A stretch of DNA of 64,000 nucleotides from Proteobacteria bacterium UBA4457. Lineage in GTDB: Bacteria > Pseudomonadota > Gammaproteobacteria > Ga0077536. Shown here piece after piece: positions 1 to 10,700 of this stretch (positions within the stretch are counted from its first letter, which is position 1; the number at the start of each line of letters is the position of its first letter). Position numbers and translations under genes: made by a program. The notes below the pieces were generated by a model. It made no database searches. It had not been told where the DNA came from and saw nothing but the letters and a program-made list of their open reading frames with translations. Location of the stretch: assembly GCA_002390205.1 (NCBI GenBank), contig DGOV01000074.1:15759-79758 (forward strand), read 5' to 3'.

Positions 1-205
1 ACAACGAAGGAACAATATACGTCCATCAGCCTCGGCCTGACTTCCCGCTAGCTTTTCTTTATGTATTGTACAACATACAAGGAGAAGGGGAGACTCCCAT
101 CCTTAGGTGGGTTCCTGTTAATATGCCCAAGCTAGGTAAAATAAATACAATTTCTGGCTCTAATTGGAAAAACCGAAAAGGATTCAAACTGGGCGAGCCC
201 TTCTA

Positions 206-214
206 GGTAAACTA
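206..214 (+). promoter_or_regulatory. Extended -10-like box GGTAAACTA upstream of the 1505-aa gene
   Basis: The exact 9-mer recurs at 31027, 52065 and 54292. All copies are on the + strand, intergenic, and 8-62 nt upstream of a start codon. It contains the TAnnnT hexamer TAAACT. Confidence 0.45.
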
Positions 215-234
215 TCGCAGTTGTTTACAGGCTG

Positions 235-3200
235 ATGACAGGCCAGAGGTGCAGTCAGCCTTTCGATTGCGGTAGTCAATTTAAATGTTTCAGGGGTTTT
301 TGTATTCCTGTGCCTGAATGCCCGGGAGATGACAATGGATGTACCGCGCCTGGTAGCGAGTGCTTAGAGGCCAGTCAGCCAGAGCCCTTACCAGATCCAG
401 ACACTCCTAACTGCGGGTTAGGTGATCCGAACACGGACCCTTATGTAAGGAAAGATTGCGTTTCTGACTGTAGTATTTTTTGTGATGAATGGAGTAAGAT
501 CACTGCAAATCTAACGCCTGACAGTGATCTTAAGGGTTGCAGTGTAGATGACGCTTGTAGTGTTTGTAGGGCTTGTAACGAAACAGAGGAAGCTAATGAA
601 GACGCCGTCCAGGCTGCATCCGACTACTATGATTTACTTATTGATGAAGTAGAAACGCAGAAGCAATTTAAAATAGACGAGTACGAAGAAGGTTTAGACG
701 AACTGACTGATGTGTACAATCAAACTTATGGCGAACTATATGATACTTACCAGTTATTGCAAGCAGAAAGAAACGAACTGATAAGCCAGCATGACGAATA
801 CTTGGATGAACTAGCCCAACTGATAGCCGAAAGAGACTCATTAACAGATCCAGCTGAAATTGCAGACAAGGATGTTGAAATTGCAGATAAGCAAGCTCAA
901 ATTACAGCCATAGAAGATGAAATAGACGTCAAAAACGATCAAATAAGCGAGAACACGGAGGCCAGAACAGACCTCACTCAGGAGTACTTGGACAACAAAG
1001 AGGAGAGAAAAGATCAACATGAAGAACAAATTAAAATTACAGATGACTACCTCTATCAACTTAGCAAAGAAAAGGCGGATAAGCTGACGTTTTTGAGTAG
1101 AACTAGAGGCATTTGTGGTGACATAAAGCTTCCGAACAGGGCTTGCTATTGCCCGGCTTATATAGACAAAGACAATGGTAGAGTCGTTGATGATTCAGAT
1201 GGCCGTGAATGTTATCTCTGTAACGTTGACAGCGGACACTGGGAATATGAGCCAGAGCTTTGCAGTGTTACCTGCGATCAATGTGTTATTTGCGACAATG
1301 GAGATCAGGCGTGTGCTAGTGTTACCAAAAATCCGAGCGAACCAGGCGACCCGTGTGAATTAGCTAGAAAAAAAGCTGTGACAAAATGCTCGGAGGTGCA
1401 GACTGTAATAGATTGTGCTTATCCGCGGCAAATTTGCGAAGTAAAGGGTCCTCTTTCTAGTGCTTCTTTATCTTGGGAAGAAAAGGACTGGCGAGATTTT
1501 CAAGTGCTACGTATTCTTCAGACAGGCGGAGATTCAGCAGTCGAAGCTAATGGAGTAACAGCTAAGCTTCGTTTAATAGCTGAATCCGTTTCGGATAACA
1601 CTCAGTTTCTAGTTAAAGTTAACAGAGAGGGAACCAGAGTAAATGGAACCGACAGGACAGAATTCGCAACAGTCGACGGGTTGATTACAATAAACACTGA
1701 AGACGTATTAAGTATTGACGGCAAACCAAAAGTCGAGCTAACCGACAATTCAGATATCAAAAGAGTTGGTAGTACGGTTGAGATTAATGTCGATGATGTG
1801 ACTACCCAAGTTCCTTTTCCTAGTTATGAGTACACTTGGTACGCCGATAATAAACAGCTTTATTTGGACGGAGATGGGGAGATTGCTTTGTCAAATATCG
1901 GAGAAGATGGCGAGCCTCTTGGATATGTACACATCGTTACTCTAAGTTCTGTACTTGAGCTTGAAGAAATCTTGGTGGGTATGAATTTGCAAGGAGCGAT
2001 AAGATTGGTAGATCCTTCTCAAGCAGAAGAAGAAAGACCCACTAACGAGGATTGGGTTAAGTCCGATCCTTTTGGTCCAATCATTTACGGCAATCGCGAA
2101 GAGATTGATGCAGAAATTTTCATAAGTGCGGATAGCTCTTATAGTACCTACAATGCTATTGTCGTAGACATTAGTTCACTAAATGAGTACAGACCAGAAA
2201 TTGAACCTATAGCAATCAGCTGGGTTGATGCAACTACAGGTGAAAATGTTGGATCAGGTGATTACTTGTACCTTGCAAATTGGGCTCTCCAAAAGCAGTA
2301 CTACCCAATAGCAACTTTCATAAATTTAAATGGAGAACAACAAACTATTACTGGGCCTGTGTCACCTGTTATAGGCCTTACTTCTCCTCCAAGCTTGGAT
2401 GATTTAAGTGAGGATCCCCAGGTTTCTTCATTAGAGCTTTCGAGCTTAAGTCCGAAACAATATGATACTTTAGAAATTTATGGTAATTACAACACTCCAA
2501 ACGGCAAAAGCGCAGGGCCTTTTTACAGTTGGAAAAGTAACGGCGATTTTATCTTTAATCAAGTGTCATCAAGTCTAGACATAACGCAAGAAATGGTAGA
2601 TACCTACTTGTCAGTTGAAGTGACTTATTTCGATAACTACGGAGTCCCAATCACTCTGTATCCAGACGGTACAGAACTAGTGATAAACGTCCAAGATGAT
2701 CCCACAGGCTGGGTCTGGATCCTTGGAGAACCTCAGGAAGGGAGTAAGCTAACTGCTATTGATAATATAGAAGATAAGGACGGAATTCGCGACCAGAAGT
2801 ACATTTGGTTGCTAGATGGTATAGCAATTGATGAGTCGCAATATGATTTTCTTTTTGAAGGCAGTAAAAACGAAACACTGTTAATTGGCCCTATCCTTAA
2901 CAGTGTTGACAGAAAAATCTCAGTAGCAACAACTTGGACTGACTATCACAAAAACGAGAACGGAGAAGTTAACGAGCATCAAATATTTTCGGACGAAACA
3001 TTCCCTGTAAAAAAAGGGCCTGTAGAGGGCAATTTAACCCTTATCGTTGAAAGCAAGGAGTACGTTATTCCTGATCAGTTTTTCGAGCTTGACCTGTCGG
3101 TAGCGTCCATAACAGAAGATGAAGAGCCTTTACAGATTACTTCAATCCTGTGGGAGATTGAAATTGAAAGGCTTAGAGGTGACGGGACCGGATCAAGCGA

Positions 3201-4752
3201 ATTAAGATTTACAGCTGGGGAGTACCGGGAGAGTCAGTCAGAACAAGGCGATTATGATGGAGGTATGTGGCCTTACTTTGAAGAGGAAGAGCCTGTCATC
3301 GAGGGTCCGCTGGTTGAAGACGACTGGAACGGCCAGGCCGAAATAGATTGTCCTGATTGTTGGGATTGCTTCGAAAGGTCTACCTACAAAGGCAAAAAAG
3401 CGCCACTTGGGTCAGCCTTTCATCAAAGATGCCCCTACCCAGGTTATCCAGAAGTTAGCTGTGAGGAATCTAAAGAAGATAAATGCAAGCAACTTTGCAT
3501 TGACTATTGTTGGCGATGGGAAACAACGGAATCCGATGGGGATCTTCCAAGAGCTCTTGACGAAAACAGCAAGATTGTTGAAAGTTGGGTATCTAAAGGA
3601 GTTCGTACATTTACAATTGAGACTTGTGTCGAACCCCCACCGGAACTGGACTGCCCTCCACGAGATGGTGGCGCGTATCAATATGCTGTTTATCGATTAG
3701 TGACCCCTACTTGGGATTATTACGAATGCACATGTTCTGTACCTGTCGGACCAAGGCAGACGATTCCAAGTAAGATTGAATACAGTCGGACCGGTCTATC
3801 TAAAGGGCCGTGGTTCCTGAACCCAGAAGAACGCGAGTTTCTTGGCTGGGGAGTTGACGAAATGGCTCAGGCGAATAACCTTAGCTGGAATGATCCTGGT
3901 TTCGACTATGGTGACCTTCCTTTTGCAAGTGCGTACTTCTGGCCTGACTTAGGCTGCCGTTGGCAAGAATATTTCGACAGCTTGCTCCCTATTGACTGCT
4001 ATCCACTACCAATAAGACAAGATTTATGTGGCGGGAATAGTAAGCCTAATCCAGTTCGAGCCTTTGTTGTCACAGATTCTTCGGAAGTCCCAATTAAACA
4101 GAATCTAATCCATGGATGGTCTGCATTTCCATTTCCTTATAATAGCAACCAATTTTGGATCAATCAAAATACAGACGATTACCTCATGCCGGAACAGCTT
4201 CCTCCGACATGTATTGGAGCGCCTGAGCTTGTAGGAGTTCTTGACCTTCGATCAGTGCCATATAGCTTTTACTCTTCAGACGAGGTCTACCAAGAATTGC
4301 TGGCCATGACAAGTCCCGAGGGCTCTCCCGATATAAGTGAGCAGTTCTATGGCGGATACAGCGAATTTGACTGGATTAATAGTGCAATCCACGTTGGTGA
4401 CCTTAGGCCGGGAGACATAGCTCATCCACCAAGGCCAGAACGCAAAAAGAAAAATACGCCAATTCCTGTCATTGTAGGTCCGAGACTTATCTTGCATGAC
4501 ATATCAGTCGGGACACGGCTAGGTGAAATGCAATCAATTATCCCTCACCTTAGCGGAGTTAAGCCAGAGAGCTGGAGGTTCACAGCGAACAAAGGAGCAC
4601 TGAGTCCTGATAATGTTTTTAAAATTAACTCAGATGGAGTAATCAGTCTAGCGAATCAATCACCTGATCCTGGAAGTTATCAGTTTGAAGTTCAAGCTAG
4701 ATGGAAAGATGTTTGGTCTAAAAGTTTTGCCGTTGGCATTGACCTTTTTTAA
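235..4752 (+). CDS. Giant (1505 aa) Cys-rich, coiled-coil virion fibre/adhesin-like protein with a C-terminal cadherin/Ig-like module
   Basis: Uninterrupted 4.5-kb ORF. About 15 Cys in the first 115 aa. Acidic heptad-like segment at aa ~130-290. Further Cys clusters at aa ~290-400 and ~1080-1230. The C-terminus has 'FKINSDGVISL...GSYQFEVQA'. It heads the fibre gene block. Confidence 0.6.
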   Translation: MTGQRCSQPFDCGSQFKCFRGFCIPVPECPGDDNGCTAPGSECLEASQPEPLPDPDTPNCGLGDPNTDPYVRKDCVSDCSIFCDEWSKITANLTPDSDLKGCSVDDACSVCRACNETEEANEDAVQAASDYYDLLIDEVETQKQFKIDEYEEGLDELTDVYNQTYGELYDTYQLLQAERNELISQHDEYLDELAQLIAERDSLTDPAEIADKDVEIADKQAQITAIEDEIDVKNDQISENTEARTDLTQEYLDNKEERKDQHEEQIKITDDYLYQLSKEKADKLTFLSRTRGICGDIKLPNRACYCPAYIDKDNGRVVDDSDGRECYLCNVDSGHWEYEPELCSVTCDQCVICDNGDQACASVTKNPSEPGDPCELARKKAVTKCSEVQTVIDCAYPRQICEVKGPLSSASLSWEEKDWRDFQVLRILQTGGDSAVEANGVTAKLRLIAESVSDNTQFLVKVNREGTRVNGTDRTEFATVDGLITINTEDVLSIDGKPKVELTDNSDIKRVGSTVEINVDDVTTQVPFPSYEYTWYADNKQLYLDGDGEIALSNIGEDGEPLGYVHIVTLSSVLELEEILVGMNLQGAIRLVDPSQAEEERPTNEDWVKSDPFGPIIYGNREEIDAEIFISADSSYSTYNAIVVDISSLNEYRPEIEPIAISWVDATTGENVGSGDYLYLANWALQKQYYPIATFINLNGEQQTITGPVSPVIGLTSPPSLDDLSEDPQVSSLELSSLSPKQYDTLEIYGNYNTPNGKSAGPFYSWKSNGDFIFNQVSSSLDITQEMVDTYLSVEVTYFDNYGVPITLYPDGTELVINVQDDPTGWVWILGEPQEGSKLTAIDNIEDKDGIRDQKYIWLLDGIAIDESQYDFLFEGSKNETLLIGPILNSVDRKISVATTWTDYHKNENGEVNEHQIFSDETFPVKKGPVEGNLTLIVESKEYVIPDQFFELDLSVASITEDEEPLQITSILWEIEIERLRGDGTGSSELRFTAGEYRESQSEQGDYDGGMWPYFEEEEPVIEGPLVEDDWNGQAEIDCPDCWDCFERSTYKGKKAPLGSAFHQRCPYPGYPEVSCEESKEDKCKQLCIDYCWRWETTESDGDLPRALDENSKIVESWVSKGVRTFTIETCVEPPPELDCPPRDGGAYQYAVYRLVTPTWDYYECTCSVPVGPRQTIPSKIEYSRTGLSKGPWFLNPEEREFLGWGVDEMAQANNLSWNDPGFDYGDLPFASAYFWPDLGCRWQEYFDSLLPIDCYPLPIRQDLCGGNSKPNPVRAFVVTDSSEVPIKQNLIHGWSAFPFPYNSNQFWINQNTDDYLMPEQLPPTCIGAPELVGVLDLRSVPYSFYSSDEVYQELLAMTSPEGSPDISEQFYGGYSEFDWINSAIHVGDLRPGDIAHPPRPERKKKNTPIPVIVGPRLILHDISVGTRLGEMQSIIPHLSGVKPESWRFTANKGALSPDNVFKINSDGVISLANQSPDPGSYQFEVQARWKDVWSKSFAVGIDLF

Positions 4753-4811
4753 TAACGTTGTTACTCTTAACTAGCCCCTGGAACCCTATCGTGACAAGAG
4801 TCTAGCTCGAC

Positions 4812-7688
4812 GTGGCACTTTTTTCTGATAACATCACAATTAAGTACGGGTCCGATATGTCGGAGCTGGAGTTCCTAGGCTTATTAGGAAGTCCCCTAAA
4901 TTCGCTATTCAGAGGAGAGCTAGCTTTACGCGACGATACTGACGGCATCTTTTTGTATGGAATTAATACTGATGGAGATATAGCTCGAATTGTTCCTGAG
5001 TTGTCGGACTTACCTAGTATTGATATATCTAATCCTCAGCTTGGTAACGCAATAGTATATAATTCGGATAATGGCGCCACTGACCGCCCCCCTGAATACC
5101 CAGGGAGGCCTTTAAATAAATGGATTAATGTACCAGCACCAAAACCTAATCTTTACGCTAATTCTTTAACAGAGCTAGGAGATGTAGACGTATATAACGC
5201 GTATGAAGGCCATACTCTTGTTTGGGACTCTTCAGCATCCGAGTGGCGGGAAGGGATTAGTGTTGAGATAGCAACGCTAGGAGATTTTCGCGATACCTCT
5301 ATTGATTTTGTCCCTATCCAAGGTCAGACTCTTTTATGGAATGCAACGCTTGGAAAATGGGAAAACGGATTCTTCCCAGATAATCTGAATTCGTTGTCTG
5401 ATGTTGATGTAAGTACATCTCTTCCTTTAGACGGCGACGTCTTGCTTTACGATGGACTTCAAGGTTTGTGGGTACCCGGAGTAGTTTCCGGAGGAAATGC
5501 TAACGTTTTAATCCTCGACGATACTGAGGCATTGCCCGTAGCTGAACTGACCACTCTCGGAGTAAGTCAGCCAGAAGGTGAATTTTACTGGATAGAAGAA
5601 GACAATACTAATAACTGGGCAAAAGCTATAACCGCAGGTGAGGTTTCTTTTGACGACTTCAAAGATGTAGACCTATCGTCTATTCAAGATGGACAAACTC
5701 TTCGATGGACCTTTATCGATGGTCAATGGAAATTCATTCCATCAGATTATCTGCCAGGAGCTTTTGTTGCATCTTTCAGGGATCTGCATCCATCAGATTT
5801 TAGTGAGTTTGCCCTTGGAACATGCGGTATTGAACGCGGACGATATTTTGCTACTACTAACACTACTGGCCTAGGAATGTATGGCACTTCAGCTGTCGAC
5901 GGAGGTATTCATGTCTCTTATGACCTCAGGGATGAAGACAGGACTGTAGATAGTTTCTTTTATGGTTTGTTAAAGTTTCCGTCAGACCTCGAAGATGATG
6001 AAATCACAGGCCTCCGAGGCATTCGCCCTCTCACTGCAAACAGTTCCATTCCTTTTGCTTTAGCGGGAGAGACAGGCTGGAAAGTTGAATTTTGGATAAA
6101 CGTTTCTGATGTCAATCAATCTTCTGAAATACTAGATTATGGTACGATTAAGGTCGAGCTAGAAAACCAAAACATAAAAACAACTTTCTTGTCTGGAGGA
6201 GTGACTTACACTAATTCATGGATTTTCCCTGATGGTTTAGAAGCAGGCTTGTCTTATTTTGTAGAATTTGGTGTTAGGCCTATTAGCGATTATCCCTCGT
6301 GGTACGACGGACCGACTATTAACTGCAAAAAAGTTTTCATCAATGGTATTGAGTGCTATAATGAAAATGGCGAACTAGGTAGTGAAACTGCAATAAGTTC
6401 GGTTGACACTCCACTGGATACACCAGATACAGCAGCTCAAGCATTGCCCGTTATTGGTCGAACCTTTGCCGGCTATCTTGCCAACTTGGCAATGCAGAAT
6501 AACAGCTTAGCTGTCTCCGATTTTTCTTTTACAAATAAGCTAGCAAACTGGGGCACTAGACCTATTGGGATGGTCCCCGGTCAGATGGTAATAATGGAGG
6601 GCACTGAGGAGAGCGACCCTAATCGTGACAAATGTTTATGTACAAAAGGATACAATCCTGAAAAATGGGCAACAGACGAAGAGTATTATTCATTTACTAG
6701 ATTTGGCGATAGTCTAAGGCTTTTGGACCTAGCGGACGTAGATGAAGAAGCTTTTTCCCAGGAAAGCGGATATTTATATTACGATGCAGCAACCCAAAAG
6801 ATTACAAAAGCGTCAGAGAGTCCAACAGACGCAAAGAACTATCGTCTTAGAAACGCAGAAGACGTTAGTTATCGGGATGACAGCAACAATTACATACAAA
6901 ACAACGCGGTTCTGGCTTGGAGTACGGAGAGAAACTTATTCCGACCAGTCCCAACCAACTTAAGTTTTAGAATCAATGATGCTGAAGATGTAAATACGGA
7001 ATCAGGCCTCACCGAAGGATCTACGCTGCACTGGAATCAATCGGCTGAAGAATGGCAAGTAGCGCCCAATCTTAACGCTGTTGCGGGTGATTTAAACTCT
7101 CTGACTGATGTCGAGGCCCTCTTATCGTTTGAGAATTATACCCTTTTATATAGCGAAGCAAATGGAAAGTGGGTGACAGGCCCGGCCCCCGCCCAAGGAG
7201 TCGAAAAGCTAAGAGACATGGTCGATGTCGACGCTGATGACATAGAAGACGGGCAAATACTTGCATATAATTTTTTAACAAACAAGTGGTCTTCTGCTCC
7301 TAAACCCTACCCTAAAGAGTTAAACGACATTGTTAATGTAGACACAGTTTCTCGTCCTCCTCGCGATGGGCAGGCGCTTACCTGGGATGGAGAACGGTGG
7401 TTCCCCGGAGACTTTGCAAAAGGTGGATCGTCTAGTGTCGAGGGGCTTTATGACGTACAGGTCAAGGAAGCTAGGGAGGGGCAAGTTTTAACCTGGGACG
7501 GTACTTACTGGGCAAACAAAGAAGCGCACTCTGGTCGAGGGGATGGTGGCGACTTCGATACGGGCCAGATAAGAGTTAGCTTTACTTCTGGAGTGTGGGG
7601 AGGTGGCGACTTTGACTTAGACTCATCAGATCGACCCATGGAAATGCTTGGATTCGGAATCTTTAATGGTGGCGGCGACTTCGACTAG
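4812..7688 (+). CDS. Fibre protein (958 aa) with ~11 LxDV...GQxLxW...W shaft repeats, one LamG-like module and a C-terminal GGDFD repeat tail
   Basis: GTG start (alternative ATG at 4857). Repeats include 'LSDVDVSTSLPLDGDVLLYDGLQGLWVPG' and 'LNDIVNVDTVSRPPRDGQALTWDGERWFPG'. LamG-like motifs are 'GWKVEFWINV...KKVFINGIEC...PVIGRTFAGYLANL'. The protein ends 'GDGGDFD...GGGDFD...GGGDFD'. Confidence 0.7.
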   Translation: MALFSDNITIKYGSDMSELEFLGLLGSPLNSLFRGELALRDDTDGIFLYGINTDGDIARIVPELSDLPSIDISNPQLGNAIVYNSDNGATDRPPEYPGRPLNKWINVPAPKPNLYANSLTELGDVDVYNAYEGHTLVWDSSASEWREGISVEIATLGDFRDTSIDFVPIQGQTLLWNATLGKWENGFFPDNLNSLSDVDVSTSLPLDGDVLLYDGLQGLWVPGVVSGGNANVLILDDTEALPVAELTTLGVSQPEGEFYWIEEDNTNNWAKAITAGEVSFDDFKDVDLSSIQDGQTLRWTFIDGQWKFIPSDYLPGAFVASFRDLHPSDFSEFALGTCGIERGRYFATTNTTGLGMYGTSAVDGGIHVSYDLRDEDRTVDSFFYGLLKFPSDLEDDEITGLRGIRPLTANSSIPFALAGETGWKVEFWINVSDVNQSSEILDYGTIKVELENQNIKTTFLSGGVTYTNSWIFPDGLEAGLSYFVEFGVRPISDYPSWYDGPTINCKKVFINGIECYNENGELGSETAISSVDTPLDTPDTAAQALPVIGRTFAGYLANLAMQNNSLAVSDFSFTNKLANWGTRPIGMVPGQMVIMEGTEESDPNRDKCLCTKGYNPEKWATDEEYYSFTRFGDSLRLLDLADVDEEAFSQESGYLYYDAATQKITKASESPTDAKNYRLRNAEDVSYRDDSNNYIQNNAVLAWSTERNLFRPVPTNLSFRINDAEDVNTESGLTEGSTLHWNQSAEEWQVAPNLNAVAGDLNSLTDVEALLSFENYTLLYSEANGKWVTGPAPAQGVEKLRDMVDVDADDIEDGQILAYNFLTNKWSSAPKPYPKELNDIVNVDTVSRPPRDGQALTWDGERWFPGDFAKGGSSSVEGLYDVQVKEAREGQVLTWDGTYWANKEAHSGRGDGGDFDTGQIRVSFTSGVWGGGDFDLDSSDRPMEMLGFGIFNGGGDFD

Positions 7689-7717
7689 AGTTCGGGATCC
7701 TAGTAAAACGTTAAGGC

Positions 7718-10700
7718 TTGAACGTGGCTTTATTTCCAAAAAACCTGGTATGGAGACACTCGGGAAATTCTTTAGAAGGAATAAGAAGATATATGGCATC
7801 ATTCCCGGACTCTCAGGTCCGGCCAGGCGAATTGATAGTTCTGGATGGCCCGGACGCTTACGGGGATCCTCGTGTCTCTCTTATGACGCTAGACCCGTTT
7901 CACAATGAGTTAGCAAGCGTTTTCGGCACGATCGATCAGTTAGCGGATGTGCCATTCCCCTCGAGATTTGCGCTTGATAGAGGAAATTGGCCTCATGGAA
8001 GTTGCTTGGTGTGGTATGAAGTCAGGATGGATGTCCACCCAGACGACCTGTACGGCCCATTAGTCAATTATGGACCGGGTTGGCAGGTTAGACGTGCTTT
8101 CCCCTATGACATCTCTGAAAACTCCGTCGAGGAGTTTTATGATGTAGACTCTGTTTCACTTCCCGAGAAAATCGAAGGAGACTCATTCGTCTACTCTGTA
8201 GCTAACAGTCGGTATGAGTCAGCTCCGGGTTTTGGCGACCCGTCAAAAAATATTGATCCTTCGGCAGACCTTGATGATTTAGTCGACATAGTCTATACTG
8301 AACCAGTTGAGGGGAATAGTCTTATAAAATGGGATCAAGTTGCAGGAGAATGGAAAAATGTGTATCTAGAGCCTTTCCTATCTACGAGAAGCGATGTAAA
8401 TTTCAATAATATTAATCCAGAGGACCAGCAAGCCTTAGTATATGGTGCTTTCGAGGAAAAGTGGCAAGCGCAAGACATAAGTACAGAAGGGGCTGTAGTT
8501 ATTCCTGATGGCCGACGAAGCAGAAATAAAGAACTCGAGTATTTAGTGCTTCCAGGAACTCATGAAAGCCTGAATGGCAAAATTCTTGATTTTGGGCTAG
8601 GCGTCACAAGTGAGCCGACTCCTTCTCAGCCCCATGGTCATGACTATGTACTAAATGCAGCCTCTGAGATCCGAGCTGAAGGGGTGACATCAGAATTCTG
8701 GGAGCGCTTTCCGAAAGGATCTTTTTATTTTGAGGCTCCTCCTGGGCTCGACTATGGCTTTTTACCTTATTATGAAAGAACAGGCTTAGCTAGAGAACGG
8801 TATGACCACAAAGAAGTACAAGGGCTATCAAAGGAGTCTCGCTTCCAAGATATTAGTGTCTCCTCTAATATAACCCCTATACCGGGATTGCTTAATCCTT
8901 CTGGGCAATATTATGGCGACTATACTATTCAGTTTTGGTTTCGCATGGCGACCGATGCTGTTGAAGGCATTGACGACCGAACACTGTTTTCCTTATACGC
9001 CTACGGGCTAGGTGGTGGAGGCGATGAACTAAGCGTTGTAATCACAAAGAAGGGTGGTGAGCGATACATTAATAGCCCTCCCCATGCTATGTCACTAGTA
9101 GTAAGATATCCTCGCTCTGGAGTTTTTCCTTGGATTACTGAGCGGGACCTTCTATTTAATATTTATCCTGATATCGATTACCATGTAGCTGTCCAATGGG
9201 ACGCAGAAGCACAAAGGCTCAAGACTTGGGTGGATGGTTCATTAAGGCTAGCCTTTGAAACTCCTGACTTAGATAGCTTTAAGTACATCGATCTTGAGAG
9301 CCTCTTCATAGGTCGAAACATGAGAGGGTATATTGCTGATTTCAATATAACGTTAACTACTGAGTACAATGAAGACTATGTCGAGCGACTCGCTTACTCA
9401 AAGGATTTCAATCCTCCCGGTCACTGGGGCAGAAAACTAGTAGAAGGACCCAAGGCGTCGTTAAAAACATTAGGGTTAACTAGAACGGGCCTCTTTAGCT
9501 GGATTTCACAGGAACAGCCATATGCTTGGACTACTGCATTTGGCCGAAATCAATTTGATACAGTTAGTCAGTCTTTAGATATAAACTACGGGAGCCTTCT
9601 CTCTGGTAATATTTTGAGTTGGAACGCTGCTGAAGGGAAATTATCTTCAACCAAGTCGATACTAGCAGGAGATGATTCTGTTTCTAAGAATCCAGGAGAT
9701 CTCGCCGGCACGGCATTTAATTCAGTAATAGATGCTGCTTATTATAAGATTGGCCAAGGAACTCAAACAGGCAACATTAAGCCTATGGATTATCACAGGA
9801 AAGGAGATTTTCCTTACAATGATGCCGGAAGCAACTATTTTTGGGGGGGAGAATTAAGTTTTAAAGCCCCGGTCAATTTAGCAGGCCTCCCAAGCGTGGT
9901 TTCCCTTCCATCAGGAAAAGCTTGGCAGATTCCTCACGATAGAAAATACAGCGATTTATTTGAGAATCAGACTAGCTCTTATTTAAGTCTAAACAGAGAG
10001 AGGGACACTGAAATTGAGGATTGGAGACAGGGGTTACCCTCTGAACAAAACTCTTTCCTTTCTTGGGGCTTTAGATTTAAGCTAAACGAAGCGATAAGTG
10101 ATTATGGATCGACGACAATCGCCCAGGGTGGTGATGTTTCATTAAGAGTAGAAGGAGGTTTCTTCACAATAGATGTTAGCCTCCGGATTAGCTCTGGATA
10201 CTTTCCTGACGGGTTTACATTAACTAATGAATGGATATATGAAAACGGGTTCTTTGAAAATGCAACAATAACTCTTCCGGGCGAAAATGTTGTTGCTGAT
10301 CGTGATTATGAAATCTCGATCTTAGCAGACTCGATAGAAGGGAAGTTCAGCGTGTACTTAAATGGCAGGCGTCAATACATAATTGTACAGGCCCCATTTC
10401 CTTCTCCGGGATCCACATCAACTTCAGTTGAAGTGTTTTCCCAAGAGAGTAATGCAGGATTGCCTCAATACCTTGCTATCGGAAATTATTCTAGAGACAT
10501 TGATCATGCTCTATCGCCTACTTTATTTTCCGGCGGAACTGCTTGCCTTTACGGTGCTTTTTTTAGTTTTGATCGCAGAGAAGACTTTAAGCATCAGCGC
10601 TACTATGATTTCAGTGCTTTCTATGATGCCAGGATTAGTCAGCCCGGGGTATCTTTATTCACCGGAGCTAGATCTCAAAGTCCGGGATTTTCTGACTATT

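Noticed and set aside
1-234. I looked for a possible 3' end of an upstream gene (frame 1 stops at 51) or a prophage attachment or integration boundary.
   Set aside because: There is too little sequence to support a CDS call. No integrase, tRNA target or host gene is visible anywhere in the window, so nothing points to a prophage junction.
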